Positions 54,350 through 64,000 of a stretch of 64,000 nucleotides of DNA are shown here, piece by piece. A program made the translations under genes and the position numbers. The DNA comes from Eledone cirrhosa (lineage: Eukaryota). The stretch lies in assembly GCA_964016885.1 (NCBI GenBank), contig OZ024744.1:123380001-123444000 (forward strand). Reading direction: 5' to 3'. Numbering within the stretch: the stretch's first letter is position 1; each line of letters begins with the position of its first letter. The notes under the pieces are model-generated. The model was not told the DNA's origin. It made no database searches and was given only the letters and a program-made list of their open reading frames with translations.

Positions 54350-54529
54350 TTCAGACTTCACGAGAAATTCTGCAACCTCATGGAGCTTCATAGATCGAAT
54401 ACATTTCTCCCAAATATCAAATTTGAATTTCTTTCCCAGAAGCAGCTCCATCGGTTTCCCCAGTTTGTGGCTGTCATCCAGAACAGTGCCATCGTCATCA
54501 CATTTTTTGGTAACATAGTGGAATGTCAA
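54350..54529 (-). CDS. AIP: AIP coding exon 2 (FKBP-like domain)
   Basis: ttttcAG|TTG acceptor and GAA|GTAAGT donor. 180 nt encoding LTFHYVTKKCDDDGTVLDDSHKLGKPMELLLGKKFKFDIWEKCIRSMKLHEVAEFLVKSE, matching the AIP/AIPL1 motif TFHY..GTVLDDSR..GKPMELIIGKKFK. Confidence 0.95.
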
Positions 54530-54825
54530 CTGAAAATAATAAATAATAATATTATAAATATTGGTTTCTCATATAGGCAAATTTGGGGTGGAGGGGAAAG
54601 TTGATTAAATTGACCCTAGTGCATTACTGGTACTTTGAGGACAATAAGGACAGTACAGAACAGTACAGTGGGAGGGTTTTGTGTGAGAGAAAGGTTTATA
54701 ATGAAGACGAAAAATATAAACAGTTAAAACATCAAAACATCACTGTCTACACAAAATTGTTTGGTGTAAGAGACCGCTGTTGAATGACATTTCGAGGTGT
54801 AAATCTGGTGTAGATGTGGGCTTTA

Positions 54826-55240
54826 GGACAGGGGTCCCTATCATTAAAACACCCAAGAAACCTCCTGTGAGATACAAACTTGTAGGAGACCAGCTAAACC
54901 TACATAGGTGTGAGATGTAACATGATAGGACTGGGGTCCCTATCATTAAAACACCCAAGAAACTTCCTGTGAGATACAAACTTGTAGGAGACCAGCTAAA
55001 CCTACATAGGTGTGAGATGTAACAACATGATAGGACTGGGGTCCCTATCATTAAAACACCCAAGAAACCTCCTGTGAGATACAAACTTGTAGGAGACCAG
55101 CTAAACCTACATAGGTGTGAGATGTAACAACATGATAGGACTGGGGTCCCTATCATTAAAACATCCAAGAAACCTCCTGTGAGATACAAACTTGTAGGAG
55201 ACCAGCTAAACCTACATAGATGTGAGATGTGACAACAACA
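54826..55240. repeat. 105-bp minisatellite, 4 copies
   Basis: GATAGGACTGGGGTCCCTATCATTAAAACACCC..GAGATGTAAC at about 54826, 54924, 55029 and 55134. Confidence 0.95.
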
Positions 55241-55409
55241 ATATGTAGTGTTGACAATAACAGCAAACAATAAATATAGAGATCTTTCGTTAGTTCTTAT
55301 TAGTTAATATATTTTAGATCAGATATAAATATTTGTAGATCTTGATTGTCATTCTAATACTGAAGACGACATATATATATATCAGCTTCTACTACAGCAT
55401 AATATATCT

Positions 55410-56030
55410 GTATACAACAACTACATCGGTACGCGATGGGGCCCACCCACAGCCCCGGCGGACAGAATGGAGAAGGCGTTTCCCGGGAGGACGGCAAGGG
55501 AGACACGCTGGAAAAGCCACTCCAACTCGCGGGGCTCACACCTGCGGCTGGCCAGCTCAGCGCCTATGGTGGTGAGTAAGGAGGTAGCCCTGGGGCCGAG
55601 GACACCAGAAGTCTTCACTGCCAGAGGTACGACCGCAAACCTGTCGGGGAGCGACCGGTATTTGAGGAGTTTGGCCCCCTCAGCCCGACGTGCAGCAGAA
55701 CCTGGGTCAGTTGCAGACTGCACCAGGTTGCGGCTGCAGAAAGTGTCGTTGTAAGTGGCATCCCAGACGAGGGGTTTGCCACCGCGGAACGGGAAGATGG
55801 TCATGCCATCTGGCCTTTTGCCGTCCCCTCGATCCAGCCCCACCGGCTCGAGCTGGGAAGGGAAGCCTGCAGCGTCCAAGCCATACTTAATGACCTTGTT
55901 GAGGGTAGCATGGCGTGGAATGCGGCCGACACTGTGGCGACAGGAAAGCGGGTGGAGGCCAGAAGAGTCCACGACATTGGTGTGGCTGCCAGATCCGGAG
56001 GCCGAGCCTCAGGGAAACGCCGATTCGCAG
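55410..56030 (-). mobile_element. 3' fragment of CRE-type non-LTR retrotransposon (Zn-knuckle remnant + restriction-like endonuclease)
   Basis: LRLG..DSSGLHPLSC..RHATLN..EPVGL..KRPDG..LVWDAT..K..KY..PLAVKTSG. GC-rich. Confidence 0.85.
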
Positions 56031-56329
56031 TAGTTTTGTCTTAAATAAAGAGTGTTGTTTTGTTAATATAGTCAGTTTCGTCAGTTAAAAGGTTGCGATT
56101 GACAAATTAATGTATTTCTTCATCTTATAGTATTTAATCAACGAAGATATTGGAATATTGAATATTCCTATTGATAAAGTATCATCACAGTTGTGATTGT
56201 GAATAAAATTAGATTTAGATGTTTAGATTATAAGGAAAATAATTCAATAATGAAACTAAACAGATCGGATCTGTATGTATAGTAATGAGGAAAAAATATA
56301 TTTAACGGTAAATAACATGAAAATTAATA

Positions 56330-57255
56330 ATATAAGACGAGAATTAACAGTAATGTACCAGCTTAAACATTCAGTCATCAGAAGGGAGGTAGGTGTAAAA
56401 ACCAAACTCGCTGTCTTCAATTCAGTATGTGTGCCAACCCTTATTTATGGTTATGAATCTTGGGTAATGACCGAAATAATATATTCACGAAAATACAAGC
56501 GGCTGAAATAGGATTCCTCCGAAGGATCAATGGAGTAACGTTACACGATAAAGTGCCTAACTCGGTGATCAGAGATTAACTCCAGGTAGAACCGCTTCTT
56601 CTCCGAACTGAGAGATCACACCTCTGATACTATGACATGTGGTTAGAATGTCTCAGGAAAGAATCTCTGGCACTGGTTTGTTTTTGTCTGTCAAAAGTGA
56701 AAGTTTGTATCTCAGCAAGCGGTGAACCCTGCCGTTTATATCAGTAAAGTGAAATCCCAATATTTTTCTTTTCTGTTCAATTTTTTTTATTCTCTGTATG
56801 TTTAGCTCGTCCTTAATCCTAATCCTAACATTAACCCTAACTCTAACCATAAATATATTACATTTGTTTTAATCTTTAGTCACTTTACGGATATAAACGA
56901 CGGGAGGAACTGTAGGCGGGGTTCACCGCTTGCTGAGACGCAAACATTCACTTTTGACAGACAAAAACAAACCAGTGCCGAATCTCGAAATTGAGATATC
57001 ACACCTCTGATACTATGACATGTAGTTAGAATGTCTCAGGAAAGAATCTCTGGACAGATTTTACAGGCAAAACCAACTGGCAGGAAACCCAAGAGTAGAC
57101 CCTCCCGAATAAGATGGCTGGTCTCACTTGGAAATCCAGCCGGATCAGTTGGAGACTGTTGCTTCTGACAGGACCTGCTGGAAGGAATGTTTCGGGACTC
57201 TGACCCCACGATCCTCTCAGGAATAAGTGGGCGAAGAAAGAGAAGAAGAAGAAAA
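56330..57255 (+). mobile_element. Old RTE-type LINE 3' fragment (different family), interrupted by a MITE
   Basis: KTKLAVFNSVCVPTLIYGYESW, G.KP..RP..RW remnants and an (AGA)n tail. Confidence 0.7.
56669..56979. mobile_element. MITE with ~85-bp TIRs, GG..CC ends and 8-bp TSD (Merlin-like)
   Basis: GGCACTGGTTTGTTTTTGTCTGTCAAAAGTGAA.. / ..TTCACTTTTGACAGACAAAAACAAACCAGTGCC. Flanks are GAATCTCT / GAATCTCG. Confidence 0.82.
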
Positions 57256-57398
57256 AGAATTGACAAGTGTCTTGTCTTTCTCAATCTTTCGCAAAACTGA
57301 CAGATTTTGTTGTTGTAAAAGAGAAAGTGATAATAGAAGATTGCTTTGGTTTTACGTACAATTAACGATCTTTGATTTGATTTAATAAAAATAAATAC

Positions 57399-57503
57399 CT
57401 TCCATCCCTTGCCATCAGCATATTCGGGAATTTCCTTCTTTCCGGGATAAATAATCCTTTTTTGAATCCCTTCATCTGCGAGAGTCTTGAAGATGTCAGC
57501 CAT
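57399..57503 (-). CDS. AIP: AIP (AH receptor-interacting protein) coding exon 1
   Basis: MADIFKTLADEGIQKRIIYPGKKEIPEYADGKGWK resembles the vertebrate AIP N-terminus ([21 protein letters not shown]..). 105 nt, ends at AAG|GTATTT donor, phase 0. Confidence 0.92.
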
Positions 57504-57611
57504 TATAAGAACTGGAAAGGGAGGTAACTCTCACAGATGTATTCGTTCATTCATTCGTTCTCTTTCTTTCTTTGTTTCTTGTTTTTTCTTCTTGTCGTAT
57601 GACATATGTAC

Positions 57612-58035
57612 GATGGAGAGAGAGGGGAGATAGACAGTGAAAGAGGGGGGAGACAGTGAGAGAGAGAGAAGGGGGAGACAGTGGAAGAGAGAGGGACTAC
57701 AGAGAGAAGGGGGAGACAGTGGGATAGAGAGGGGGGCAGTGAGAGAGAGAGGGAGTATAGTCAGTGAGAGAGAGAGGGTGGAGGCAGTGAGAGAGAGGGG
57801 GAGACAGTGAGAGAGAGTGGGGAGACAGTGAGAGAAAGAGGAGACAGTGAGAGAGAGGGGGAGACAGTGAGAGAGGAGGGGAGGCGGTGAGAGAGATAGG
57901 GGGGAGACAGTGAGAGAGAGAGGGAGACAGTGAGAGAGAGAGGGGGAGACAGTGAGAGAGAGGGGGAGATAGACGATGAGAGAGGGGGAGACGGTGAGAG
58001 AGAGCGGAGGAGACAGTGAGAGAGAGTGAGAGGGG
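57612..58035. repeat. Purine-rich (GA/GGGGGAGACAGT) minisatellite just upstream of the AIP start codon
   Basis: Repeated GAGAGAGGGGGAGACAGT units. Confidence 0.9.
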
Positions 58036-58224
58036 AGTAACTACCAGACACCCAGACAGCTTATGGTTGGCTGCTTCGCAATTTTTAGCGAAGGGAATTA
58101 CCAATTCTTTGCTCATCAGTGGATGTAAAATTAGTATTTAGGGTTTACTAACTGAAATATGTATGTGGAGGGTATGTCCCACAAATGTTATGTTAAATAT
58201 CCCTATGATTTGTTTTTTAAAAAA

Positions 58225-58235
58225 TTCCCGCCAAA
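58225..58235. promoter_or_regulatory. E2F-like site TTCCCGCCAAA in the putative AIP upstream region
   Basis: Motif match only; the TSS is unknown. Confidence 0.2.
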
Positions 58236-58246
58236 CATTATTTAGG

Positions 58247-58418
58247 GGCATTGGCAGTATCAGCAGACGGTCGGACGCCATGCTTTGCAGCATAGAGTTA
58301 CGACCCTTTATGGTGTGAGCTCAAATCCCGCCTTTCATCCCTACGGGATCGATAAAATAAAGTACCAGTAATGTACTGAGGTAATTGCTGGCCTTGTGCG
58401 AATAGTTGAAACAATTAT
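58247..58418 (+). mobile_element. SINE family B, diverged
   Basis: Homologous to 47020-47200. Confidence 0.85.
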
Positions 58419-59472
58419 TTACAATGACTGCTGCATACAGCCTAATTGTGGGTGTGTACCTGACCGATGTAGACTAAGGCGCTTAGGGACAATGAAGATG
58501 TTGAAGTGATGCCAGCCGTTCAAGATTACAGCCCCTCTCCCTCCCAGCACAGTAGTAATTCTGATATATGAAGAAATTTTGATTGACAGGTGGAGAACGA
58601 GAGGAAGCAAGAAATGGGCAACCATGAGTGGCTAGAAATACCGATGACGTTTACAATTCTTGACCACTCATGGAATGACAACAACAGGATCTAAATCAAC
58701 AAACGAAAGAATTCGATGTTAAAGGACATTAGGAAAATCTGCTTCGTAGAATTGAGACGTATCCGACGACCGTGTGATCAGAGTCAGGTTTGATCACCAT
58801 ATCGATCGTGCCTCGAGCTGGTCACCCGAGAAACATTTGTAATATGGCCAATAAATTCCTTTCGTCGCAACACTGATTCTCTTTTTTCTGTGATATATAT
58901 ATATATAGTTATATTTGTGGGTGGTCATGAATAGCCAGGTTGCTAATATTGCCAATAGAAAGAAACACACGCACCATATCATTTTCATTTTATCTTTATT
59001 GTTCATTATTCATTTGTTTATCAAAGTTCTTTCATCATACATTCTGTGACCTCCACAATGATTATCTGTTCTACTCTATCTTTTTTTTTTATTTGTTTTG
59101 TTGTGTTTTGTGTCTATTCATGCATTTGTGTCTGTGCATGCGTTTGTGCCTGTGTATGTGTGTTTTGCCATGTCTATATGTGTTTTATGTGTGGGGGATT
59201 TTGTGTCGTTTGCTGTTTTGCTCTTTGTGTCTTTTATTTCTCTATTCTGATTCAGTTGTAAAGTTGCAGGTTGTTACTATTCCACTCAAGTTTTCTGTAC
59301 AGTCCAGGACTGTTTTCTCCTATGTGTGTGGCTTTTGTAATTTATCTGAGCGTGGATTTTGTCCAGAGCGTTTTCTTTTGTATGCTTATTGCCCTCAGTA
59401 TTTTTGTCCAGTCGGTCTATTGTCAAGAATCCTGATGGTGGTAGTGGTAATGGTGATCTTTTTAAAAGTTTT

Positions 59473-59487
59473 AGGTCACAGTGACCT
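59473..59487. promoter_or_regulatory. Perfect IR3 nuclear-receptor element AGGTCAcagTGACCT (ERE consensus)
   Basis: Exact consensus match inside a 23-bp palindrome. Function is not shown. Confidence 0.35.
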
Positions 59488-60273
59488 AAAATCATTTATT
59501 TATATATTTATTTATTATATATTTCTTTTTTGGTTGGCTGCGTTGCATCACTGGTCATCAGTTAAGCCTCCCCTGTAAAGTTTATATTAAGGGTCTTTAC
59601 CAGACCCTTAATATAGACTTTACAGGGGAGGCTTAACAAGGAGATCCCTCTATAATTGGAACAGGCTCTCTTGACTCCCTTTTTTAAATTAGGATTTAAT
59701 AGAAAAATAAATAATAGGTTACTTTGCCTTATTAACATTTTTATATATTTATATATTAATTGTTATTTAATATTTCTATATTTTATATTCTTTCTTTTAG
59801 TAATTAATGAATTAATTATATAGTATAGTTAATACTAACTATTGTAAAATAAATGACTGATAAATATTTCAATAAGTTGGTACAAATAAAACAAAACAAA
59901 GTAATGTTTTATAGAAATATATATATTATCATCATCATCATCACCGTATTACGTCCGTTCTTCCACGCTAGCATGGGTTAGACGGGTTGTCCTGTTGTGG
60001 GCAGTGTCTGGTCGGCTGACCTTGTCTTGCTCATACGGGAACTGATTCTGGCTTGATTTCTACAGCTGGATGCCCTTCCTGACACCAACCTCATTTACAG
60101 TGAGTGCTGGGTGCTTTTTTTTCCGTGGCGCCTACACGTCCAGTTTACAGTGTGGGCTGGGTGCTTTTTTGCCGTGGCACCGCCACGACCACTTTGCAGT
60201 GGGAGGGTGTGGGGGCATAGTATGCTTCAGCTTCGGCTTGTATCCGTGGGGGGTCGGGTTTTCTGTATTACTG

Positions 60274-60744
60274 TGTAACGCGGTCAGGGTCCTTTAGGAG
60301 ATTAGTATCGGTGTACATATATGCATTATTAGAAATGACAATAAATGCCGGTGTGTGTTGTGACAAGGTTTTTACTTCACAGAAGTCAAAGGGATTAATA
60401 TAAATAAATCATTACCCGTGGGTCACAACTCCTAGGCTGAAGTGTGTGGAGAAGAACAGAGATCTTCTCTTGGAGGTGTTAACATCTTCTTAGGTTCTTA
60501 GGCTGCCGGTGGCATTCTTCTTGAGTGGCGAAGGAAAATGAGAGAGGAGTCATCTCATGACAAGGTCGCAGGTGTTGTTAACACTTTGGGATTCAGGAGG
60601 AGAGAGAGATCGCCCTAACCTGTCCCTTTTATAGGGTCTGGCCGGAAGTGACAAAAAAAGTTCTATCACCCCAACGGGAAGTAACTCCAGCTACTTCCTG
60701 TCTAGAGAGCGGTGTTGTGATTGTCATGGCAAGGGAGGCAACTC
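60274..60744 (-). mobile_element. LTR-like insertion in RTE 3' region
   Basis: About 145 bp (60600-60744) is homologous to 62245-62391, including a minus-strand CCTATAAAAGGG TATA box. Boundaries are uncertain. Confidence 0.6.
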
Positions 60745-62040
60745 ACAGTCCTGTGTCATCGCTTTTGAGAGGTGTAATTGGGTATGGTCGACTTTTATCA
60801 CCTCATCCCAGGTCTTTTTGGGTCTCCCCACTCCGTGGTTTCCATCGACTTCTAGTGCTCTGCATCTTTTTATGCAGCTGTCATCCTTCATACGCATCAC
60901 ATGTCCATACCAACGCAATCTCCTCTCTAGTATACAGCATTTGATTCCTCTTATGCTCAGTCTCTCTCTCAATTCGTTTATGCTTTGTCGGTCGCGTATA
61001 TTACTATTACACATCCATCGGAGCATGCAGGCTTCGTTTCTTTCCAATCTACGTAAGTCTTCCACAGACAGCGCCCAGGTCTCACTACCATGTAACATTG
61101 CTGTTTGTATACATCATACACATCATACAGTCTGCCTTTCATTTTGAGGGAAAAGGCTTTTGCAGCTAGCAGTGGCAGTAGGTCCCTGAATTTATTCCAT
61201 CCCGTTCTTACCCTAGTTATTGTACTTTCCGAACACCCACCTCCGCTGCTAATTCAGTCACCTAGGTAGCAGAAGCTGTCTACTGTTTCTACAGAGCCCT
61301 CGGAGAGTTTGGTGGTACTTGTTTCCTGTGGCTGTTTACTGCTTGCTGTCCCAGTACAGATGCTGCATGTGACGCCTACATTCTTAGTTAAGCTTCCTGA
61401 GATCCCACTACATCTCTTGTGTACTCATTGTTTGTATTTGGGGCAGAGGATGGAGTTCCTACCTACATTGTTCCTACATACTGGGCAATGCCATTTCCCT
61501 AAGGGGATCTGGGTTCTGTTTTCTCGTCTACTTACAAGGACCTTAGTCCCTGCTTCCATATTTGGAATTTGTTCTCTAGTTCTACCATAGATTCAGCTAT
61601 AAGTGCGAGGTCATCAGCATACAGGAGTTGTTATAGGCATCCGGTCTTAAACTCCGCCGTTAATGCCTGCAGGACTATGATGAACAGGAGAGGGCTAAGA
61701 ACAGAGCCCTGGTGGACAGCGGCCTGTATGCTAAATTCCTCGCTATAGTCATTGTTAATCCTAACTTTGTGACTGCTCCCCTATACATGGCTTGTACAGC
61801 TTTCACAACCATTCATCTACTCCTAGTTTTCTAAGAGCCCACCAGATTATAGCACGGGGGACTCTGTCAAAGGCTTTCTCGGATCGACGAATGCCAGGTA
61901 GAGCGGCTTACTTTTAGCTAGGTAATTTTCCTGTAACTGCCTCACAAGGAAGAGAGCATCAGTGGGGCCTTTTTCTGGCACAAACCCAAATTGCATCTCA
62001 TCTAATTTCACCAAGTCCCTAATCAACTGTGCTATAATTC

Positions 62041-62399
62041 TATAACAAAACACTGGTGCGTATGAATATAACAAAAGACTCAGTTGGTGTGTATAAAGTT
62101 TAATTAACAAGTTGAAGTTATGTAGAACAGATTGGTTGACAAGTCAAAAGTAGATGAAAGAATGATGTAAAGTTATTTGTTACCGTTTTGAAGTGAGTAG
62201 AGCCTTGGCGAACGCGCTTGGCCGAAGGGCCAGGCTAGTTAGAAGAGAGTGAGATCGCCCTGAGCTATCCCTTTTATAGGGTCCCAGAACGGAAGTGACA
62301 AAAAGGGTTCTGCCACCCCAACGGGAAGTAACTCCAGCTACTTCCTGTCTAGAAAGCGGTGATGTGATTGTCATAACAAGGGAGGCAACTCTTGCTACA
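62041..62399 (-). mobile_element. Solo LTR with 4-bp TSD
   Basis: Interrupts the RTE at GCTATA-ACTC. Flanks are ATTC/ACTC. Minus strand reads TGTAGC...TGTTATA and contains a TATA box. Confidence 0.75.
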
Positions 62400-63436
62400 A
62401 CTCTTTCTGTTACTTTCATTACCTACTCCATCTACTTTATATCTCTATAGTTTCCTCTATCTAGTGCATCACCTTTGCCCTTGTAGCAGTTGACAATGAT
62501 GCTGCTGCACCAATCCTTTGGTATGATACCCTCTAGTATTACCTGGTTAACAATACGTGTGGTTATGGTGTGACCTACCAACCCAGATGCCTTCAGCATC
62601 TCGGCAGCTATACCTGATGGACCGGTTGCCTTCCCTGTCTTCATATCTTTGATTGCCTTACTTACTATGCTGCTGCTGGCCCCTCTATAGGGTCCACTTG
62701 GGGTAGGGTCTCTTTTTTCCATGCATTCTCCTTATTTAGTAATCTTTCATAATGGCTCTTCCACGCATCTTTCTTCTCCAGGTTGCCTTCTGTTTCCAAG
62801 TTCGTCTAGTTCTGACAATGAGGTCGCTGACAACTAAGTTATATTGAGAGGTACATTCCTTACTAGGGAAGGCTTTTATGTTTACGAAGTCCATATATCA
62901 CGTCCTCTGATAAGGATAAAATCTATCTGACTAAAATGCTCCCCTGATCTGTAGGTGATCAGATGGTTGTGCATTAGGGACTCATAAAACCTATCCTTAA
63001 GTTCGTCTGGCAACCCCGATTCAGGACTAGTCTGAGTTTAATGATTCTTGTGTTCATCCTGTTCACTGAGATTACCTTATCTACCCATTTGTCAGCTAAT
63101 AGTATACCTATACTTCCCATCCCGTTGTCACCCCCCCCCCCCCCCGAAAAATTTGTAGCACTGACTTTTGCTTACAAGGACTCTAGCGGACTCTCCTCTC
63201 CACCTAGTCTCTTGCACACAGCATACGTTAATTTCCTTTCACTCTAGCATCTCTATAATTTCTCCTGCTCTTCCTTTCATTGTGCTTATGTTAATGGTTC
63301 AAACTCAGAGTTTTGGGCATTTGCCAACATTCGTGGGAAAGGGTAAATTTTTGCGGGGGAGTGTGTATGCTTCCTGTCTCTGAATTAAAGCTTCGCATGG
63401 GTGCTTGGTAACTTGCGGATTCATATTCATTTATAT

Positions 63437-63606
63437 ATCATCATCATTTTACGTCCGCTTTTCCCTGCTTGCAAGGGTGGGACGGGAACTGATTCTGGCT
63501 TGATTTCTACAGCTGGATGCCATTTACAGTGTGGGCTGGGTGCTTTTTTTGCCGTGGCACCTCCACGACCACTTTGCAGTGGAATGATAGGGACCCCAGT
63601 CCCTAT
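63437..63606 (-). mobile_element. SINE family A, 3' half
   Basis: Runs from the tail to the GATAGGGACCCCAGTCCCTAT hairpin, then is cut by an LTR. Confidence 0.85.
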
Positions 63607-64000
63607 TATAACAGGGTGACTGAGGTTGTATGTACAATATTTATTTACGAAGATTGAGCTGAGTAGAGCTGAATAGCTGACATGCCAAGAGAGATGAAAC
63701 AATGAATTAAGGCTTTCAGAAGACACGGTCCACTGGCTGAAGTGTTGCCAGGCCGTGGTTAAGTTGTTGTGTTACATGTTGGCTAGTGATTTCACGGCGA
63801 AAGAATGTTAGGTGTTTACCTTTTCACAGACAGGAAGCGAGAAGTTGATTCTTCAAATTAACGCGGGAACTTTTCCCTCAGGGCGCGTAGAGATACATTC
63901 TCTTCTACTGCCGCTGATTGGCTGAGCTGAGCCAAATCACGCACAGAGAATGTATGTGAGCCCGCAGAATTTAGGTCACTACAATACCCCCCCCCCCCCC
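63607..64000 (-). mobile_element. 3' LTR (63607-63983) and polypurine tract of an LTR retrotransposon extending right of the window
   Basis: Minus strand: G-run PPT, TAT, TGTAGTGA.., CCAAT, AATAAA near the end, ..TGTTATA. Confidence 0.7.

Larger units (their letters stand above)
59926..63420 (-). mobile_element. Near full-length, decayed RTE LINE (APE endonuclease + RT) with deletions and two LTR-like insertions
   Basis: APE motifs TINISTMKGR..CCVQETRW, GIL..KWVDKV and HLITYRSG..QIDFIL at 62800-63350. RT remnants at 60750-62720. 3' UTR and (CAT)n tail. Confidence 0.9.

Noticed and set aside
54826-55270. 176-aa repeat protein ORF or CRISPR-like repeat
   Set aside because: Units are near-identical throughout, and the 105-bp period keeps the frame open by chance. 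It lies in AIP intron 1.
57036-57398. C-terminal part of the 155-aa ORF beginning at the AIP ATG
   Set aside because: Intron read-through into antisense LINE sequence. Homology stops at the GT donor.
57697-58116. Ser/Leu/Pro-rich ORFs upstream of AIP
   Set aside because: Translation of the GA-rich minisatellite.
58940-59578. 212-aa hydrophobic ORF
   Set aside because: Low-complexity TG/T-rich sequence, TTG start and no recognisable domain.
60600-62399. Paired LTRs enclosing one retroelement
   Set aside because: The enclosed DNA is RTE sequence collinear with RTE on both outer sides, so these are two independent insertions.

Overview
Eukaryotic, AT-rich, repeat-dense window. The SINE/RTE repeat families look octopod/cephalopod-like (inference, not verified). 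One host gene is recognisable: the first three coding exons of AIP (aryl-hydrocarbon-receptor interacting protein, FKBP-like domain) on the minus strand at 57503-57399, 54529-54350 and 28133-27941. Its TPR exons must lie left of the window. Bases 1-27.3 kb are a 28-bp satellite with nested higher-order repeats, lying inside the predicted AIP intron 3. The 26-kb intron 2 holds a cluster of Penelope-like (Naiad-type) GIY-YIG retroelement fragments inserted in (TA)n, carrying type I hammerhead ribozymes and a recurring asymmetric inverted-repeat architecture. It also holds RTE LINE copies, two SINE families and a non-autonomous Helitron. Intron 1 and the upstream region add a CRE-type REL-endonuclease fragment, a MITE, LTRs and minisatellites. 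Most other ORFs in the supplied track are microsatellite or antisense artefacts. All coordinates and alignments were read by eye.
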